Below are positions 38,600-52,759 of a stretch of DNA of 64,000 nt, piece by piece. Both the position numbers and the translations under genes were made by a program. The DNA is from Vicugna vicugna. Taxonomy: Eukaryota. Location: positions 2,210,948-2,274,947 of the forward strand of contig MU057651.1 of assembly GCA_013265495.1 (NCBI GenBank). Reading direction: 5' to 3'. Below the pieces are notes generated by a model. The model was not told where the DNA came from and ran no database searches. It was given only the letters and a program-made list of their open reading frames with translations. The first letter of the stretch is position 1. The number at the start of each line of letters is the position of its first letter.

Positions 38600-41500
38600 T
38601 AAAAGTGCAATTAACAATCTGGCCTAAAAGACATAGTTAAATAAATCCTTTTGCAAGGACCGTTTATAAAAATGACCACAGACTATGCCATAAAACAAGT
38701 GTACATTTTTTTCCCAAATGTTTCAATCATACGTAGCAGATTCTTTGTCCACGAGACAATTATGACAGATCACAGCATCCTGGGAAATCGTGTGCTTAGA
38801 AATGTGCGCATATACTTATGAATGAGCTTCGGGCCAAAGAAATCCTAAAGTAGAAACGAGAAAATATCTTGAACTAAATAATAATAAAAACTATTAATAG
38901 CCGCGTGTGTGAAAAATGCAACTATAATGACACCCTGGGGAAAATGCATAATCTTAAATGATATGTTATAACAGAAGAAAACCTGAAAATTTTCAGAACT
39001 GAGCAAGTATCCATCTCAAAAAGTGAGAAAAACATGCCAAAATATATATATATTTTTTAGGTGGGAGGGAGGAAATGGTAAAGATAAGATAAGAAATTAA
39101 GGAAATGGAAAATAACCATATTTTAAAAGACTACCAGTGCCACAGGTTAGCTCACTGAGGAAAAAATTGATACATACCTGCCAATGCTGATAAGAAGAAC
39201 AAAAAAAGAAAAAAAAATGACTTTAGGGGAGCCAGATGCAATGGTGCCTGCATACAGCTATGCTTCCCCACATGCCTAAAAAACAATGTCAAGCAAGACA
39301 AGACGTAGCATATGAAAACTGTGCCACCAACATAGCTAGAAGACAGAGAAACCCTAAACTTCAAATTACTGCAAGTTTAAAAAAAAAGAAAATATGAAAT
39401 CCTAACAAGTCAAGTCTCAAACTTTCAACAGAAATTTTTTTTTTTTTTGGTAAATGAGAGCAGTATTGGAAAACGAGTAGACAGAAGCCAGCCTAAACTT
39501 GGTTAAAAAAAAAAACAAAGCACTGATAAAAAGAGAAATAGACTCTAATTCTGCAGAGAAGGAGTGGAAACATTTGATTTGAGTGTTTGAAAGGCGCTGA
39601 TTGTGCAGGAGAAGCAGGTTAAACAGAAGGATAGTCACGCTTTGGAGGTTGGGTGGTATGTAAAGGGAAAAAAGAAAAAGGAAAATTTAAGATCCTGAAA
39701 GACGGAAAAATTAATTAATGGGGGTTACATAACTTCCCTGGTGGCAGTCAACTAAGACAAGGAAAAAACGTTATTAAAGAAACTGTACTTGGCGGCCCTG
39801 GCAGAAGAGGGCGCCACTGAGCTATGGACGTGTGAACCACAGCACGTTCACAGAACGAAGGCAGAGCACTGAGTAGGTCTGCAAAGAAACTGAAAACAAG
39901 ACTCCAAATACTTTAGTGAAGGCTCTTCACCCCCAACCAACTATAAAGCAGGAGAAAAGTGCAATATAACACTCCAGGGTGAATTAATGTATTTTCAAAC
40001 AAGCATTTGGGGATATGGAAACCTGCCTTCAGACAGAGTTTCAGCAGTTAACTACTAATACAATTGTAGGTGAAAGAAAATTCATTCAGAAATTAAGACT
40101 TAATTACATGATGTCCCAAGGGGAGGAGACTGAAGTGAAAATTTAATGAGGGATCCTGAGGTTTAAAGACAAGACAATAAAAAGAAAAAAGCTACAAAAT
40201 GAACAGTGTAATAAACCCCGAAAAAGCACAAAAAAGAGAAAAAAAGATTAGAGAAAAAAATAATTGGGGGGGTGGAGGGTAGAGCTCAGTAGCAGAGCAC
40301 GTGCTTAGCATGCACAAGGTCCTGGGTTCAGTCCCCAGCCCCTCCATCAACATACATAAATTAATGCCTAATTACACCTCCCCCAAAAACAGAAGCAAAA
40401 AAAACCAAGATTTTAAGTTAAAAACAATCAATGAAGTAGAGGAGACGGAGCGTCGCACGCTCAACATACCTTCTTGCTCTAAACAAACAGAAAGCTGAGC
40501 AAATTAGTATCTGGACTGAAGGCTCAATGTTTTTCAGAAATTTAGACTTTTCTAAGTTGACTTCCGGTTTCAGGGCAATTCCAGCCAATATCCTAGCTGT
40601 GTTTTTGTGGAAATGGAAATTTTCTTTATAGAATCAGAATAAACCAAGATTATTCTTAAGAAGAGGGAAAAATGAATATTTATTAGTAATAAAAACTCTC
40701 AACAGATTAGGGAACTTCCCCAACCTGATATAAGATATCTATGAAGAACTAAGGCTAAATTAATGATGAAAGGTTGAATTTTTCTTCTGTAAAACCAGGA
40801 ACAAGACAAAAATTCCTGCTTAACTCTTTTATTTTCTACCTGATGGAGGTGATGGCTATTGCAGTGAGGTAAAGGAAAGAAGTCATAAATAATTGAAAAG
40901 GAAGCAATGAATCCATCTCTACACAGAGATGACCTAATATTTGTAGAAAATCCTCAGCTACTTACAAAAGAGCTACTGAATGTAATAGTTGAATTTATTT
41001 AAAGGCATAGGTTTATTGCTAATACGCAAAAACCAGTTGCATTTTCACATATCAGAAGCAAACAATTAAAAAATGAAATTGTGAAAGTCTGTTTACAAGC
41101 GTTAAAACCAGCATACAACATAATGAAACACATGCGCATTTTCCTCACCGACAACCACAGTACGTGACTGGATGAAATAAGTTAAAGACCTTAAATAAAT
41201 GGAAAGCAAACCCGATTCATGGGCTGAAAGACTTATTCTAGCTAATATGTTAATGGTTGCCCAGTTGATCTACAGATAGTTTCAACTCAAACTCCATCAA
41301 AAATCCGAATTATAAAATCTGTGTAAAATGGAAACCTAAAAAAGCTAAACCAAGTTTGAATAAAAAGAATAAAGTTGGAGCATTTTGCCGTCTGATTTCA
41401 AGCCTTCCTATAAAGTTTACAATAATCAGTACCAGTTGGCAAAATGATGGACAGACAGGGTAATGGGACATAAAATAGAGCCACTTACATAGCCATTTGA

Positions 41501-41740
41501 TTTTTCTAATATGCCAAGGCATTTTAGTAAAGAAAGGAAAAGTCTTTTAACGTACTACTGAACAGCCGGATATCCTATGGGGAAAAAAACCAAGCTTCAG
41601 TACAAAAACATCTACAAAAAATTAACCTCAGAATGGATAATGGGCCTTGGTATAACATTAAGATGATTAAACTGTTGGAAATATTTAGATTTTCAAAACG
41701 CATCATTAAGAAAATGAGGCGGCAAGCCACATGAAGCGCA
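38600..41740 (+). mobile_element. Ancient, highly decayed L1 ORF2 remnants
   Basis: A-rich; fragments such as GAAAATATCTTGAACTAAAT, GGGAACTTCCCCAACCTGATA and AATAAAGTTGGAG. Confidence 0.6.
40268..40405 (+). mobile_element. tRNA-derived SINE (camelid vic-1 type)
   Basis: GGAGGGTAGAGCTCAGTAGCAGAGCACGTGCTTAGCATGCACAAGGTCCTGGGTTCAGTCCCCAG: A and B boxes, tRNA-Ala-like head, A-rich tail. Confidence 0.8.
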
Positions 41741-41950
41741 AATATTCTGTAAATTTTAACTTAATCACCAGGAGAATGTAAATTTGCCAGACAACAGAGG
41801 AGGGTAGGAAAGCTTTTAATCTGGTTGATCCAAGAGATGCTATGAAAGAAGGACGCTGGAGAGGAAGAAAGGAAAGCATGGTGAATAGAGAGCGTTAACA
41901 ATTCCCTTTTATATCTAAATCGCTTTTAACGTACTGTTCACCCCTTCTAG

Positions 41951-42027
41951 GATGATGGAGAGCCGCTTTTACAGCCAAACAAGAAATCTAATGCCAAAAG
42001 CTCATTTTACAAGTCCTCTACACAAAA
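41951..42027 (+). CDS. SPATA48: SPATA48 exon 3 (DDGEPLLQPNKKSNAKSSFYKSSTQK)
   Basis: ttctag|GAT...CAAAA|gtaagc, 77 nt, phase 0-2. Confidence 0.92.
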
Positions 42028-43874
42028 GTAAGCATGGGTTTCCCCGTAGAATTTGATTTAAAAAATGTGTTTATTTTTCTCTTTAAGAACACCTCCCCTT
42101 TGTGTCCACAATATCCTGGGTCCTGTGAGGAATTCAAAGAACATCAGACACCAGTCTTTACTCACTTACTTGATGGCTAGAAAGAAGCAGCTCAGGGAGG
42201 AAGACCTACGTTTACTAGCTGCAGGCTGGCTTCACGTTTCAAATGGCAGCTCCAGCTACGTTTTTATGAAACACACACATGCATAAATAGTACCCCGAAA
42301 GGTCAGGAAAAACATAAAGACGTATATGATGCAGAGTTGCAATTCGGAATCTTAGAACAATCTTAGAAAAGAGCACATATTCAGAAGTGTTGGGTTCTAG
42401 TTAAATTTTGCTAAGGAATTTTTTTATTTTTTGGTCTGTTCTGTGCATATTAGACTAATTTTTCTTGCGACAGTTTTTTCACGGTTTGGCAACAGGATTC
42501 TTTTGTCCTCAAATATGTCATTTGCGTTAACGTGACATTATTTCTTCCTTAAATTTGACTTTGGCATCCTCCAATAATTTGGGCCCTCAGTTTTTCTCAT
42601 CGTAAAAATGAAGGATTGTAACTGAAAGGCCTTGAAAGTCCTGTCTGGTTTTTCAGCTCATTCCCTGTTGTATTCTTATCTCGGTTTTTAGCAGGAAAAC
42701 ATTCCAGTGGTCATTTTAGAAACAGTTAATAATGAGTTGGTTAAATTTATTCTTTACTCAGAATGCAGTAGTCGTTTTTACAGAACAAAGTGTGAAATTA
42801 CGCCATTTACTCGTCTCTTTTTAAAGTAGTTTGTAAAAGTTTTCTTGGTGAAAAAACTTGTGTAACTGCTATGGAAAGTCCGTGAAATACTCATGAAATA
42901 CACAAGGCTGAGACGGTAACTTGCCTTTCAAGCTCTGGTTCAACTCACAGATTAACTTCTTAATACGAACTAGTTAAATGTGTCAAAAGAAAAATGCAGC
43001 ATTTAAGTCTCGAGCACAATTAATTATATTTTATTAGGTTTTGCTTCTCCTTAGGATACTGGTTTCAGAATGAGCAACGTTCGAAATCCATACACAACAG
43101 TGAAAACAAGGTGGACCCATCACTGTGCTATTTACTGTTACTAATACTATTTTATTGAATCCTTACAACATTGCTGTGGAAACTGTAATTTTAATTTTAG
43201 TCTGTATTCATTCCTCTTATCCTAAGCACCTAGCACAGTGCTTGAAATACAGTAATTGCTCAGTAAATGTTTTCTGAGAGACTGAAGGTCACAAACAGAC
43301 TTTGACTAACCCTGAGATTGTTTGAAAGGTAGTGGCTTGATCAAAAGATCAGCTCCGGCACCACCTTTGGGTGGGGCAGGAGGGGGATCCCTGCGTCCAG
43401 GCAGCAGGAAACAGGGCATGTGTTCACCGGTCCCGTCAGAGGAGTCTCTGAAAGGCGGAGTTGTTGGTTATTTTATTTGGGACCACACCGGAGTGTATCT
43501 CACTGCGTCTGTCATGTACGTCCGTCAAAAAAGAACAGCCCTCAAAACTCTAAACACAAGAGGATCCCTTAAGATTCGAGTCCTTACGTATGTGGTGATT
43601 GCATTTGCTAAGATGCATGGGGTCCTCGCTCCACACTCATGATTTTTACAAATGGGCTGCACTGGTGTGGAACAGTGGGCGTCCTTCAGACTCTTCACAG
43701 GCAGATAATCAACATCTGAGTCCTGGCCTCCACCGTCAGTAGCCGAGTGACCATAAGCCAACGAATTCAATTTTCTAAGCCTTAATTTATTTGTGAATCA
43801 GTGGTCTTCCAGCCCAGCTGCAAAGGCCAAATTAATTTTTTTTTGTAAAGTGTAAGATGTATGTAAGTCTACAC

Positions 43875-44408
43875 ATTGGGTTTCTAGTGCTGTAGCAGAT
43901 TGCCACACACATGGCAGCTTTAAAGTGCACTCATTTATTGTCTCAGAGTCCCACGGGTCAGAGTGCAGGGACGTCGCAGCTGGGCTCCATGCTCAGGGTC
44001 CCTCAGGCTGGAATCAGAGTGTCAGCTGTCGTCCTCATCTTCCACGGTCATCCTGATTGTTGGCAGAGTCCAGCTCAGTGCAGCTGAGGGACTCTTGGGC
44101 TCTGTTTAAGGATAACAGAAGAGTATCTGCTGCTGGTTGCTTTTTTGCCTCATTTTAGGGCTCACCTGCTTAGGTCAGACCCACTTAGGATAGTCCGCCT
44201 TTCGAGCAACTCAAGTTCAGCTGATTAGGAACCGTAATTACAAGCACACAAAACCATTTATTATGTAAAATTGCCAGGTACACTGTCATGAGAGTGACAT
44301 CCTATCATAGACATTTGCTCTGCGCACACCTGAGGGGAGGTGATTACACACGGAACGCACACCAAGGGGCAGGAATCTTGGGAGTCACTGTCGAATTCTG
44401 CCTACCAC
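43875..44408 (-). mobile_element. MaLR (MLT1-type) solo LTR
   Basis: TGCTGTAGCAGATTGCCACA...CATTTATTGTCTCA...GAATTCTGCCTACCACA. Confidence 0.78.
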
Positions 44409-44482
44409 AGAAAATGGTCTTGTCAAGAACGGTACCAGTTGAATATGTGGTTTTTCTCACAATGTGTGTCATGAGTTAATAA

Positions 44483-44641
<159 letters not shown>

Positions 44642-44935
44642 TAACCTTAATTACATATGCACAGTCCCTTCTACTGTGTGACGTTACAGTTTTGCAACAA
44701 TGCATTTGTTACTGCACCAACCTCCAAACTGTATGTCTCGGTAGTACTTCTTTTATTGTTAAGAATTATGGAAAGGACAAAGTGAATATATGCATTTATG
44801 GAAATGTTTATGAAAATGCCATAATCATAAAAGTCATCAATGACCTTAAATACATTAATATCTATACTGAAATTTTAAAAGTTTCATTTAAAGACTACCT
44901 TTTGCTCAAGTCATTTGCAAAGACTTGATTTAAAA

Positions 44936-45450
44936 AATCTAAATGTCCATCGACAGATGACTGGATAAAGAAGCCGTTGTATATTTATACAACGGAATAC
45001 TACTCAGCCATAAAAAATAATAAAATAATGCCATTTGCAGCAACGTGGATATCCCTGGAGAATGTCGTTTTAAGTGAAGTAAGCCAGAAAGAGAAAGAAA
45101 AATACCATATGATGTCACTCATATGTGGAATCTAAAAAAAAAAGACAAATGAATTTATGTATAAAACAGAAACAGACTCACAGGCATAAAATACAGACTT
45201 ATGGTTACCAGGGGGGAAGGGAGTGGGAAGGGGTGTGAGACTTGCAACTACTGACTGGTATATATAAAACAGATAAACAAGTTTATACCGTAGAGCACAG
45301 GGAAATATATTCAAGATCTTGTAGTAGCTCTTGGTGAAAAAGGATATGAAAACAAATATATGTGTATTCATGTATGACTAAAAAACTGTGCTGTACACCA
45401 GAAATTGACACAATATTGTAAACTGACTATATCTCAATTAAAAAAAAGAA
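44936..45450 (+). mobile_element. Young lineage-specific L1 3' end, ~55 bp upstream of SPATA48 exon 5
   Basis: AAATGTCCATCGACAGATGACTGGATAAAGAAG...GCCATTTGCAGCAAC...AACTGACTATATCTCAATTAAAAAAAA. Confidence 0.9.
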
Positions 45451-45504
45451 ATTACAGTATCTTGTTTGTTAAATATCTGAAATTCATTTTGGTGATGATT
45501 GCAG

Positions 45505-45572
45505 ATGGCCGGTGGACTCTGGGACAGGTTTCAAACGAGATCTTTCTTGGCCCCGGTGAAACCAGTTAACTT
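45505..45572 (+). CDS. SPATA48: SPATA48 exon 5 ([23 protein letters not shown])
   Basis: tgcag|ATG...ACTT|gtaagt, 68 nt, phase 0-2. Confidence 0.92.
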
Positions 45573-46089
45573 GTAAGTTGTATCTGCTAACCTTCTCATT
45601 ATCACTAGACTTCTCACGTCTTTATCTTAAGACTCTGCTGCTCTGGCCCCGGGCTACAGAAAGGGTGGGGCTGTCCCAGGGTCCTCAGACTTCCATCCCC
45701 GGGACCAGGAAGAGAACCCAAATCCAGGTTCACACTCAGCATTGCCAGCTTTCTCTTGTCTTCCCTCAACCCTTCCTAGAATTTAGACCATTAAATACAC
45801 CACAACCATTTAAAAATAAGTAGTGTTTTATAAATAATTTGAGATGAAGAATTATAATGTTGTAACATTCATAGACTTCAATGGGTTATACATTATTTTC
45901 TGTCAACTTTTGTCCCACAGAGTTATTTTGTGTTCTATTCATGCTAGAAACAATGACTCTGTTACTAATCTTCCCACATAAGTAATTTTGTGCATTTAGT
46001 CTAAAAAATTTAGTGTTTCTGTCTTTGAAAATGTCACAATTTTGTCTCTTTTTTTGGTTCTCATTTTAACCGACCATCCAGCCATCATC

Positions 46090-47600
46090 TCTGTTTTTAT
46101 TTTTTTAATTTATTTTTGAATATTTCCTGTATAACAGTGTGTCAGTAAAAATGTGGTATAATCTGTGTATCTACTTCCCAACTTCAAAAATAGACCATTA
46201 TTAACACCAGGGAAGCCCCGAAGTACGTCCCTCCAAGCACAGGTGCCTCGCTAAAGGGTCACTGTCATTCTGGACTTGATGTTTCACATTTCCACGCACC
46301 CCTTTGATCCTTAAAACGTGTGTGTTGTTCTTAACCGTGACTTGGAATTGTGTTCCATGTTTATCAGCTCATTATAAGTGACATCAAACGTGTATTTATC
46401 ATCCAACATAACATTTCTATTCAGTACTGGTGTGCATGAGATTCACACATGCTGGCACCTCTCGGTGTTCATTTTCCCGGATGCACCGGCTTCCGTGAAT
46501 GGATATACCGCGATCGATTCATCCAGTCTCATAACTTAAAATTTTTTTCTATTCCAGTTGGAAACAGTGTCCCCATATCTTTATGCACCCAAGTATAAAA
46601 CTCTTTCTGGGTTTTATATGCACACTCTTACAGCTACAATTGCTGTGTCATGAGGTGTGCACTCTTTATTTATGTCCTCAGTGTGGTACGTCATTCTCCA
46701 GTTTTGCCAGTGGACTCAACCAACGGCAACATGGGGTTCCCACTACCACACATCGGGCCCAGTTTGTGGAATCTTCGAATTGAAAAAAATTCCAATCTTA
46801 GAAGTATGAAATTGTGCTTCATTATAATTTTAACTTACATTTACCTGGTGGCCAATAAGCATTTTTTTGGGAAGTTATGACTTACTTGGGTGTTCATCTG
46901 TGTAACTTATCTGCTCTTATATTTTGCCCCTTTTCTAGTTAGTTTGCTTGTCTATTATGTATTGATTGCAGAAATTCTTACGTCTCTTATTCTGGATGGG
47001 AAGGGACAGACTGGGAGTTTGAAATTTGCAGATACTGACTGGTGTACATAGAATAGATAAACAAGTTTACACTGCACAGCACAGGGAAATATATTCCAGA
47101 TCTTGTAGTAGCTCACGGTGAAAAAGAATATGAAAATGAATATATGTGTGCTCATGTATGACTGAAGCATTGTGCTGTGCACCAGAAATTGACACAACAT
47201 TGTAAACTGACTATAACTGAAATAAAAAAAAAATTCACACAACACACACAAGAATCCTTTATTCGTAATATGCATCAAAATATCTCCTTCTAGTTGGTGA
47301 CTTTCTCTTTTATGGTGCCCTTTGCTGAGCTGAAGTTTTGAATTTTAATATAACTGAATTCATCAACATCTTCCTCTCTGTCTTGTTATTTTTGTGGAAT
47401 TTTAGAAATAGATCTTCTCCCTATCCAGAAGTAGTAAACATACTATTCCTCTTTACTTACTTTTTTTTCCCTAAAAATTTCAAAACTTTGCTGTGCATAC
47501 TTACCTCTATAAACCACGCGAAACCCGCTCTTGCTTTCGGTGTGACCCAGGGTTCCATTTCTCAGCACGGCAGGCAGTTATCCTGGTCCAGTGTAATGAG
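46090..47600 (-). mobile_element. Ancient L1 3' remnant with a nested younger L1 3' end (~46995-47235, + strand)
   Basis: T-rich decayed L1 3' motifs; the nested copy matches the young family. Confidence 0.6.
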
Positions 47601-48739
47601 CAGCCCGTTCTGAGTCATTGAATGAGTGCTTCATAGCCTATGGGTTGCAGCCCATTATTGGGGAGTCACAGTCAGCATTTTGTGAAAATTAAATAGAACA
47701 GAAAATCTAAGAATGACTCACGTGGAACTTTAAACAGATATGCGTATTCTGCAACAAATACTGTGGCCAGTTATGAAGAACAGCGTCAGACAGACAGATA
47801 AAGCATAAGAAAAATGTAGGTGACCAGAGTGAAGTTACGCCATCTTTTGTTCCCTGGAGTTTTTCCTGATTTTCTGGTTTGATGATGGTCAAATTGATCA
47901 TTGCCTCAATGGGAGAGTTTTTAATCTTGCACATTTAATTTTATATTTACTTAATTCACAGTTAATTGCAGAGCAAATATGGGAGTTTTTTTAGTCTTAG
48001 CAAAATTAACAAGTTTTTGATAAAATTTCAATTACGGAAAAATGACATCAAAGATGACACTTTTAAAATCTTTCACACTTGTATGTATCACGTCAATAAA
48101 ACCAGCATAACTTGCCCTTTAAACAAGGATTTTTTTTAATTATTAGAAGGAAAAAGAACAAAAAGTGGAAACATGGAAAATTATAGTCAAGTTTAAATCC
48201 TGAATCTGAAATTGAGAATAATGACAACATTGAGAAAAAATACTAAGTTTCGTCAGCAAACAGATTCCATTGAGCCATATTCTAAAAGTAGCATGTAAAG
48301 TTTTTGATAAAGATTATTTAAAAAAATCATTTTGGCAAATATGTAGAACAATCTCGATATAAATAGTAGATTCCAAAGTATAAATTGAATGGTAATCATT
48401 TAATAAAAGATTAAAACATTCAAAAATAAAAGATCCTTGTAAACCCAGCAAGCTGAGATTATTGGTAATCCCGTTCAAATGTCTGGTAAAAGAATAAACA
48501 TGTAAATTATTGACACTAACTCAGTATTACGTGAGTGCTAATAAAAAAATGTCATCATCATTTTTTCATTTACGTAGCATGTGGTAAAATAGCACCCAGC
48601 TCACCCCGTTTATATGAGTCCATGGCACTTACTGTTTCAGTGATTAATCATCCAATGAACTAAAGCTAAATGTCTGTGTTCTGCCCCATCTCTGAGGTCC
48701 TGAGGGTTCCACACACCCTGGTGCCTTCCTCTGTCAAAT

Positions 48740-49215
48740 GTTGCTCCCATGAGCAACAAAACCTATGTGTGAATGCTTGTAACAGCTCCATTCACAGTCT
48801 TCAAGACCTAGAAACAACCAAGCCATCTTTCACCAAGGGCCTCTGGACAGAGGCATGAGGACACACCCGTGTGGTGGAATACTAGTCAGCAGTGAAAAAG
48901 GACAGAGGCGACACCAATAATGCAGGTGCATGTTAAATGCATTTTGCCCAGTGAAAGTGGCCAGACCCCAAAGGTCACATAGTGCACAATTGCATTTACA
49001 TGACATGATGGAAAAGGCAAAACTACAGAGATGGAGATAGATCAGTGGCTGCCGGGATTTGGGGGATGGGGAAGAATTGACTACACAGAGCCTGGAAAGG
49101 AAAATGTAGGGGATGGAACAGCTCTGTACAGATCTGTGGTGGTGATCTTTTTATTTGTCAAACCCTTAGAACTATACACTACAGGGAACAAACTTTACTT
49201 AAATGCAAAGTAAAA
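48740..49215 (+). mobile_element. Old L1 (L1MC-like) 3' UTR
   Basis: GTGGAATACTAGTCAGCAGTGAAAAAGG; GGAAAAGGCAAAACTACAGAGATGG; TTTGTCAAACCCTTAGAACTATAC. Confidence 0.7.
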
Positions 49216-49219
49216 ACAT

Positions 49220-49494
49220 AAATGAATGGATGGATGGATGGATGGATAGATGGTTGGATGGATAGATAAATAGATAGGATGGATGGATGGATGGTTAGAT
49301 AGATAAATAGATTGGATGAATGGATGGATAGATGGATAGATAAATGGATGGATGGATGGACAGATAGGATGGATGGATGGATAGATAGATAAATAGGATG
49401 GATGGATGGTTAGATAGATAGATAGATTGGATGAATGGATGGATAGATGGATAGATAAATGGATGGATGGATGGACAGATAGGATGGATGGATG

Positions 49495-49528
<34 letters not shown>

Positions 49529-49530
49529 TA
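49220..49530 (+). repeat. Compound (GGAT)n/(GATA)n/(GACA)n microsatellite
   Basis: Visible directly, with a ~115-bp higher-order duplication. Confidence 0.95.
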
Positions 49531-49949
49531 ATTTACCAATGAGTTGGGAAAACCCAGAATGGAATGCAGACACGACTGACAAGTGTTTCTGTGTTACAAA
49601 TGATGTAACTGCATTTAAGTGGATGGGGAGATGGGAGCGGTCCTAAATTAATTTGGACCTTCATACATTTGGAAACAGTATTTCGACCAAAAACTGTCCG
49701 CCAAAATTCAGAAGGAACTGTCTGTGAGCACCGTGCACTGCTCAGTAAATGCGTTTCTCGCCAGGAAATGGCCACAATTGTAAAACTTCTTGCATGCATT
49801 CCAGGTTTGAGCAGAAAAGTTGATGGTCGGTAGGAGGCGGGTTTCGCACTGTCCTAGAAGGAAAGCATAAATAAATGGGGCGGGGGGAGGCTAAGCGTGG
49901 ACCTTGCGGTGCTGGATGGGTTAGGAGAGGTCCCGCCAGCTCATATTTG

Positions 49950-50424
49950 CAGGCAGACCTCGTTTCACTGCGCTTGGCAGATATGACGTTATTTACAGGC
50001 TGAAAGTTTGCGGCCGCCCTGCCTCGAACAGGTCTGTCGGTGCCATTTTCCCAGCAGCCCTGGCTCACTCGTGTCTCTGTGTCCCATCTGGGTAGTTCTC
50101 CCAGTATTCCCAACTTCCCCATTATCATCGCACTTGCACTGGTGACCCGTGATCAGCGATGCTTGATGTCATTGCTGTGACAAGTTCACAGCCCACTGAA
50201 GGCCTACACGATGGTCAGATTGCTTAGCATTAAAGTATTGTTTAATTGAGGTATGTACTTTTCCTTAGACATGATGCTCTTGCACGCTTAATAGACCCCA
50301 GTGTTGTACACACATAACTTTTATATGCACTGGGGAACCCAAAAATTGTGACTCCCTTTACTGCGGTGTTGGCGTTATCGCTGTCGTCTGGAAGCGAACC
50401 TGCAACATCTCCGAGGCATCCCTT
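49950..50424 (+). mobile_element. Tigger1-type DNA transposon, internally deleted
   Basis: CAGGCAGACCTCG...GGAAGCGAACCTGCAACATCTCCGAGGCATCCCT; 3' part homologous to the copy at 22720. Confidence 0.8.
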
Positions 50425-51324
50425 TACGAACATACGCAGAAAGTGGATACAAATCTCTGTAGATATGTGTGTAGACACGGGCACGTGTACACCCACATAT
50501 TCCTAGTTCTGGCCACGGAGAGCACCTGGCGTTTAAATGCCATTCCACTTAAAAAATCACGTTGAGACCCTTGGAGAAGTGGCTGGTTCCAGGATGGAAG
50601 CAGGGAGAACACGGTCCGAATGCCCTGAGTACCTGCAGTCTTTGAGTTTCTGCATTTCCTTGGGCCACGGTGGTGGCTTCAGCTCCGGGGCATCCCTTTG
50701 TGTGGACATACTGGCTCTCTACCCTGGAGGACCACACCGGCTGGTCAGGGAGATCCAGTCAGACGTGAGCATCCTGTGTGTCTGAGAAAAGGGGAGGTCA
50801 GCCCCGCCAAGCATCGCCTGCTTGCTCACTGGGGACCAGGCACAGAAACGCCCGGGAGGAGGCGGCTTTGAAACGGAAGCGCCAGCAAAGACGTATGTGC
50901 CGTCGGTCGCTTGCAGTCAATTTGTTCTGTGTTTGACTTTCATTTACAGCGACATCTTTCTCATTTCACTTTAGCTTTAGTTTTTTTTAATGCCTTTGCC
51001 AAATATGTACAAAAGTTTCAAAATTATTTGGGATCAGACTGTTGGCAAGATTTTAAAATTGCTACGAATCAGCGAGAGAAATAACAGAAATAATGTGACC
51101 CCCACGGGTCTTAAACCAAGGGGATGGATGCTAAAAGGAAAGTCAAGTTTTCACCAGGGATAAACGGCGTCATTTCTCTTTTAAAATCACCGCCTTCGGG
51201 AAGCCAATTCCTGTGCGGTATCTCGGAATATTTGTTTTAACTTTAACAAGAGAAATACTGAAATCGTCTGATGTGTAGGAACCTAATGCCAGTGACTCAG
51301 TTGGCCTGTATCTTCTCTTCTCAG

Positions 51325-51366
51325 TGTGAGTCCGAGTTCCAGAAGCAAATACATTCCCCTCTATAC
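51325..51366 (+). CDS. SPATA48: SPATA48 exon 6 (VSPSSRSKYIPLYT)
   Basis: ttctcag|TGTG...ATAC|gtaagt, 42 nt, phase 2-2. Confidence 0.9.
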
Positions 51367-51789
51367 GTAAGTAATGTTTCTTAACGTCCCCAAAATGACT
51401 AGATTTACATCTAGTTGTCTTGGCTTTCGGCTCACGCATGTCTGTAATTCACTTTTTGGAACAACTTCTGCTTTCTGACCGACTTCTGGTGTCTTCCTAG
51501 CGTGGTACCTGCTGAAGGTCAGGAGTTTCATCAAAGATTTGTTGAAAGATTTTGATGAAAGAAGGAAAGGGGGAGTGTGTTTTCAGTTTTCCCAAATTGG
51601 TTATTTTTATGAAATAAAGTACCTTGGGTGCGACTAACCCTGGGTGTTGTCAACCAGAAAGACTTATTTTTGACGTGGAAATGGGGCCGCCTGCTTTTCT
51701 AAATTTCAGTCTGGCTGTCCATGGATGGCAGAGATGTGAATCTCCCACCACGTGGGGTCTTCTCGGCCATAAATAGAAGGAAAAAACTT

Positions 51790-52083
51790 ATTTTAGTCTG
51801 TCGGCTGCTACAAGAAATGTCACAGACCGGGCCAGTTACAAGCCACGGACGTGTCTATGTCACGGCTCTGGAGGGTGGAAGTCCCAGACGGCCGGGTGAT
51901 GGGGCTCTTCTGGGTCACAGTGATGGAGCGGGGAGCTCTGCGGGGTCTCTTTTGTAAGAGCACAAATTCCTTTCCTGGGGGCTCCCCCCCATGACCTAAG
52001 CACCTCCCACCTCCAGGTACTGTCACCTTTGGGCATCAGGATTTCAACCTGGGGGAGGGACACAAACAATCAGATCATGGTAC
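51790..52083 (-). mobile_element. MaLR (MLT1A-type) solo LTR
   Basis: TTAGTCTG..GGCTGCTA...CTGGAG..TGGAAGTCC...CATGACCTAA.CACCTCCCA...GGGACACAAACAATCAG. Confidence 0.75.
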
Positions 52084-52492
52084 CTTGGAAGAAAGCAAGC
52101 CAGGAAAGTGGGGGGATCCAGGCCCTTCATCCTTGCCCCCCATCACTCCCGGCTCTCTGCTCCACTGCGGAGCAGATGCCTCGTTCTCCTAGTGGCCCCA
52201 GAAGGACCTCAAGGACACCCCCTGACTGGTGTCCCCTAAGCGGACCCTCTCTTAGGATCCAGAGCCGCATCACTGGTTGCCCAGCATCGCCAGCGCCTGC
52301 CAGGTTTCCAGCTCCACAGGAGCCCCCTTGGCCCTGGGAGAGACCTGTCCCTGCCTGGCCCCGGACCGCCTCCCCGTGTCCAGAGGAGGACTTAACTCAG
52401 GGCTGCAGGATAGCTGCCTCTCTGCTCAGAATCTCAAACCAGCTCTCACTCTGGCTCAAATGTAAGATCAGCTCTTACTCTGAAAAACCTGA

Positions 52493-52759
<267 letters not shown>

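Noticed and set aside
40268..40345. tRNA-like sequence (also at 62885-62960)
   Set aside because: Degenerate stems, an A-rich tail and (for the second copy) a TSD indicate a SINE, not a tRNA gene.
49195..49582. SIHP-repeat ORFs
   Set aside because: Translations of the microsatellite.
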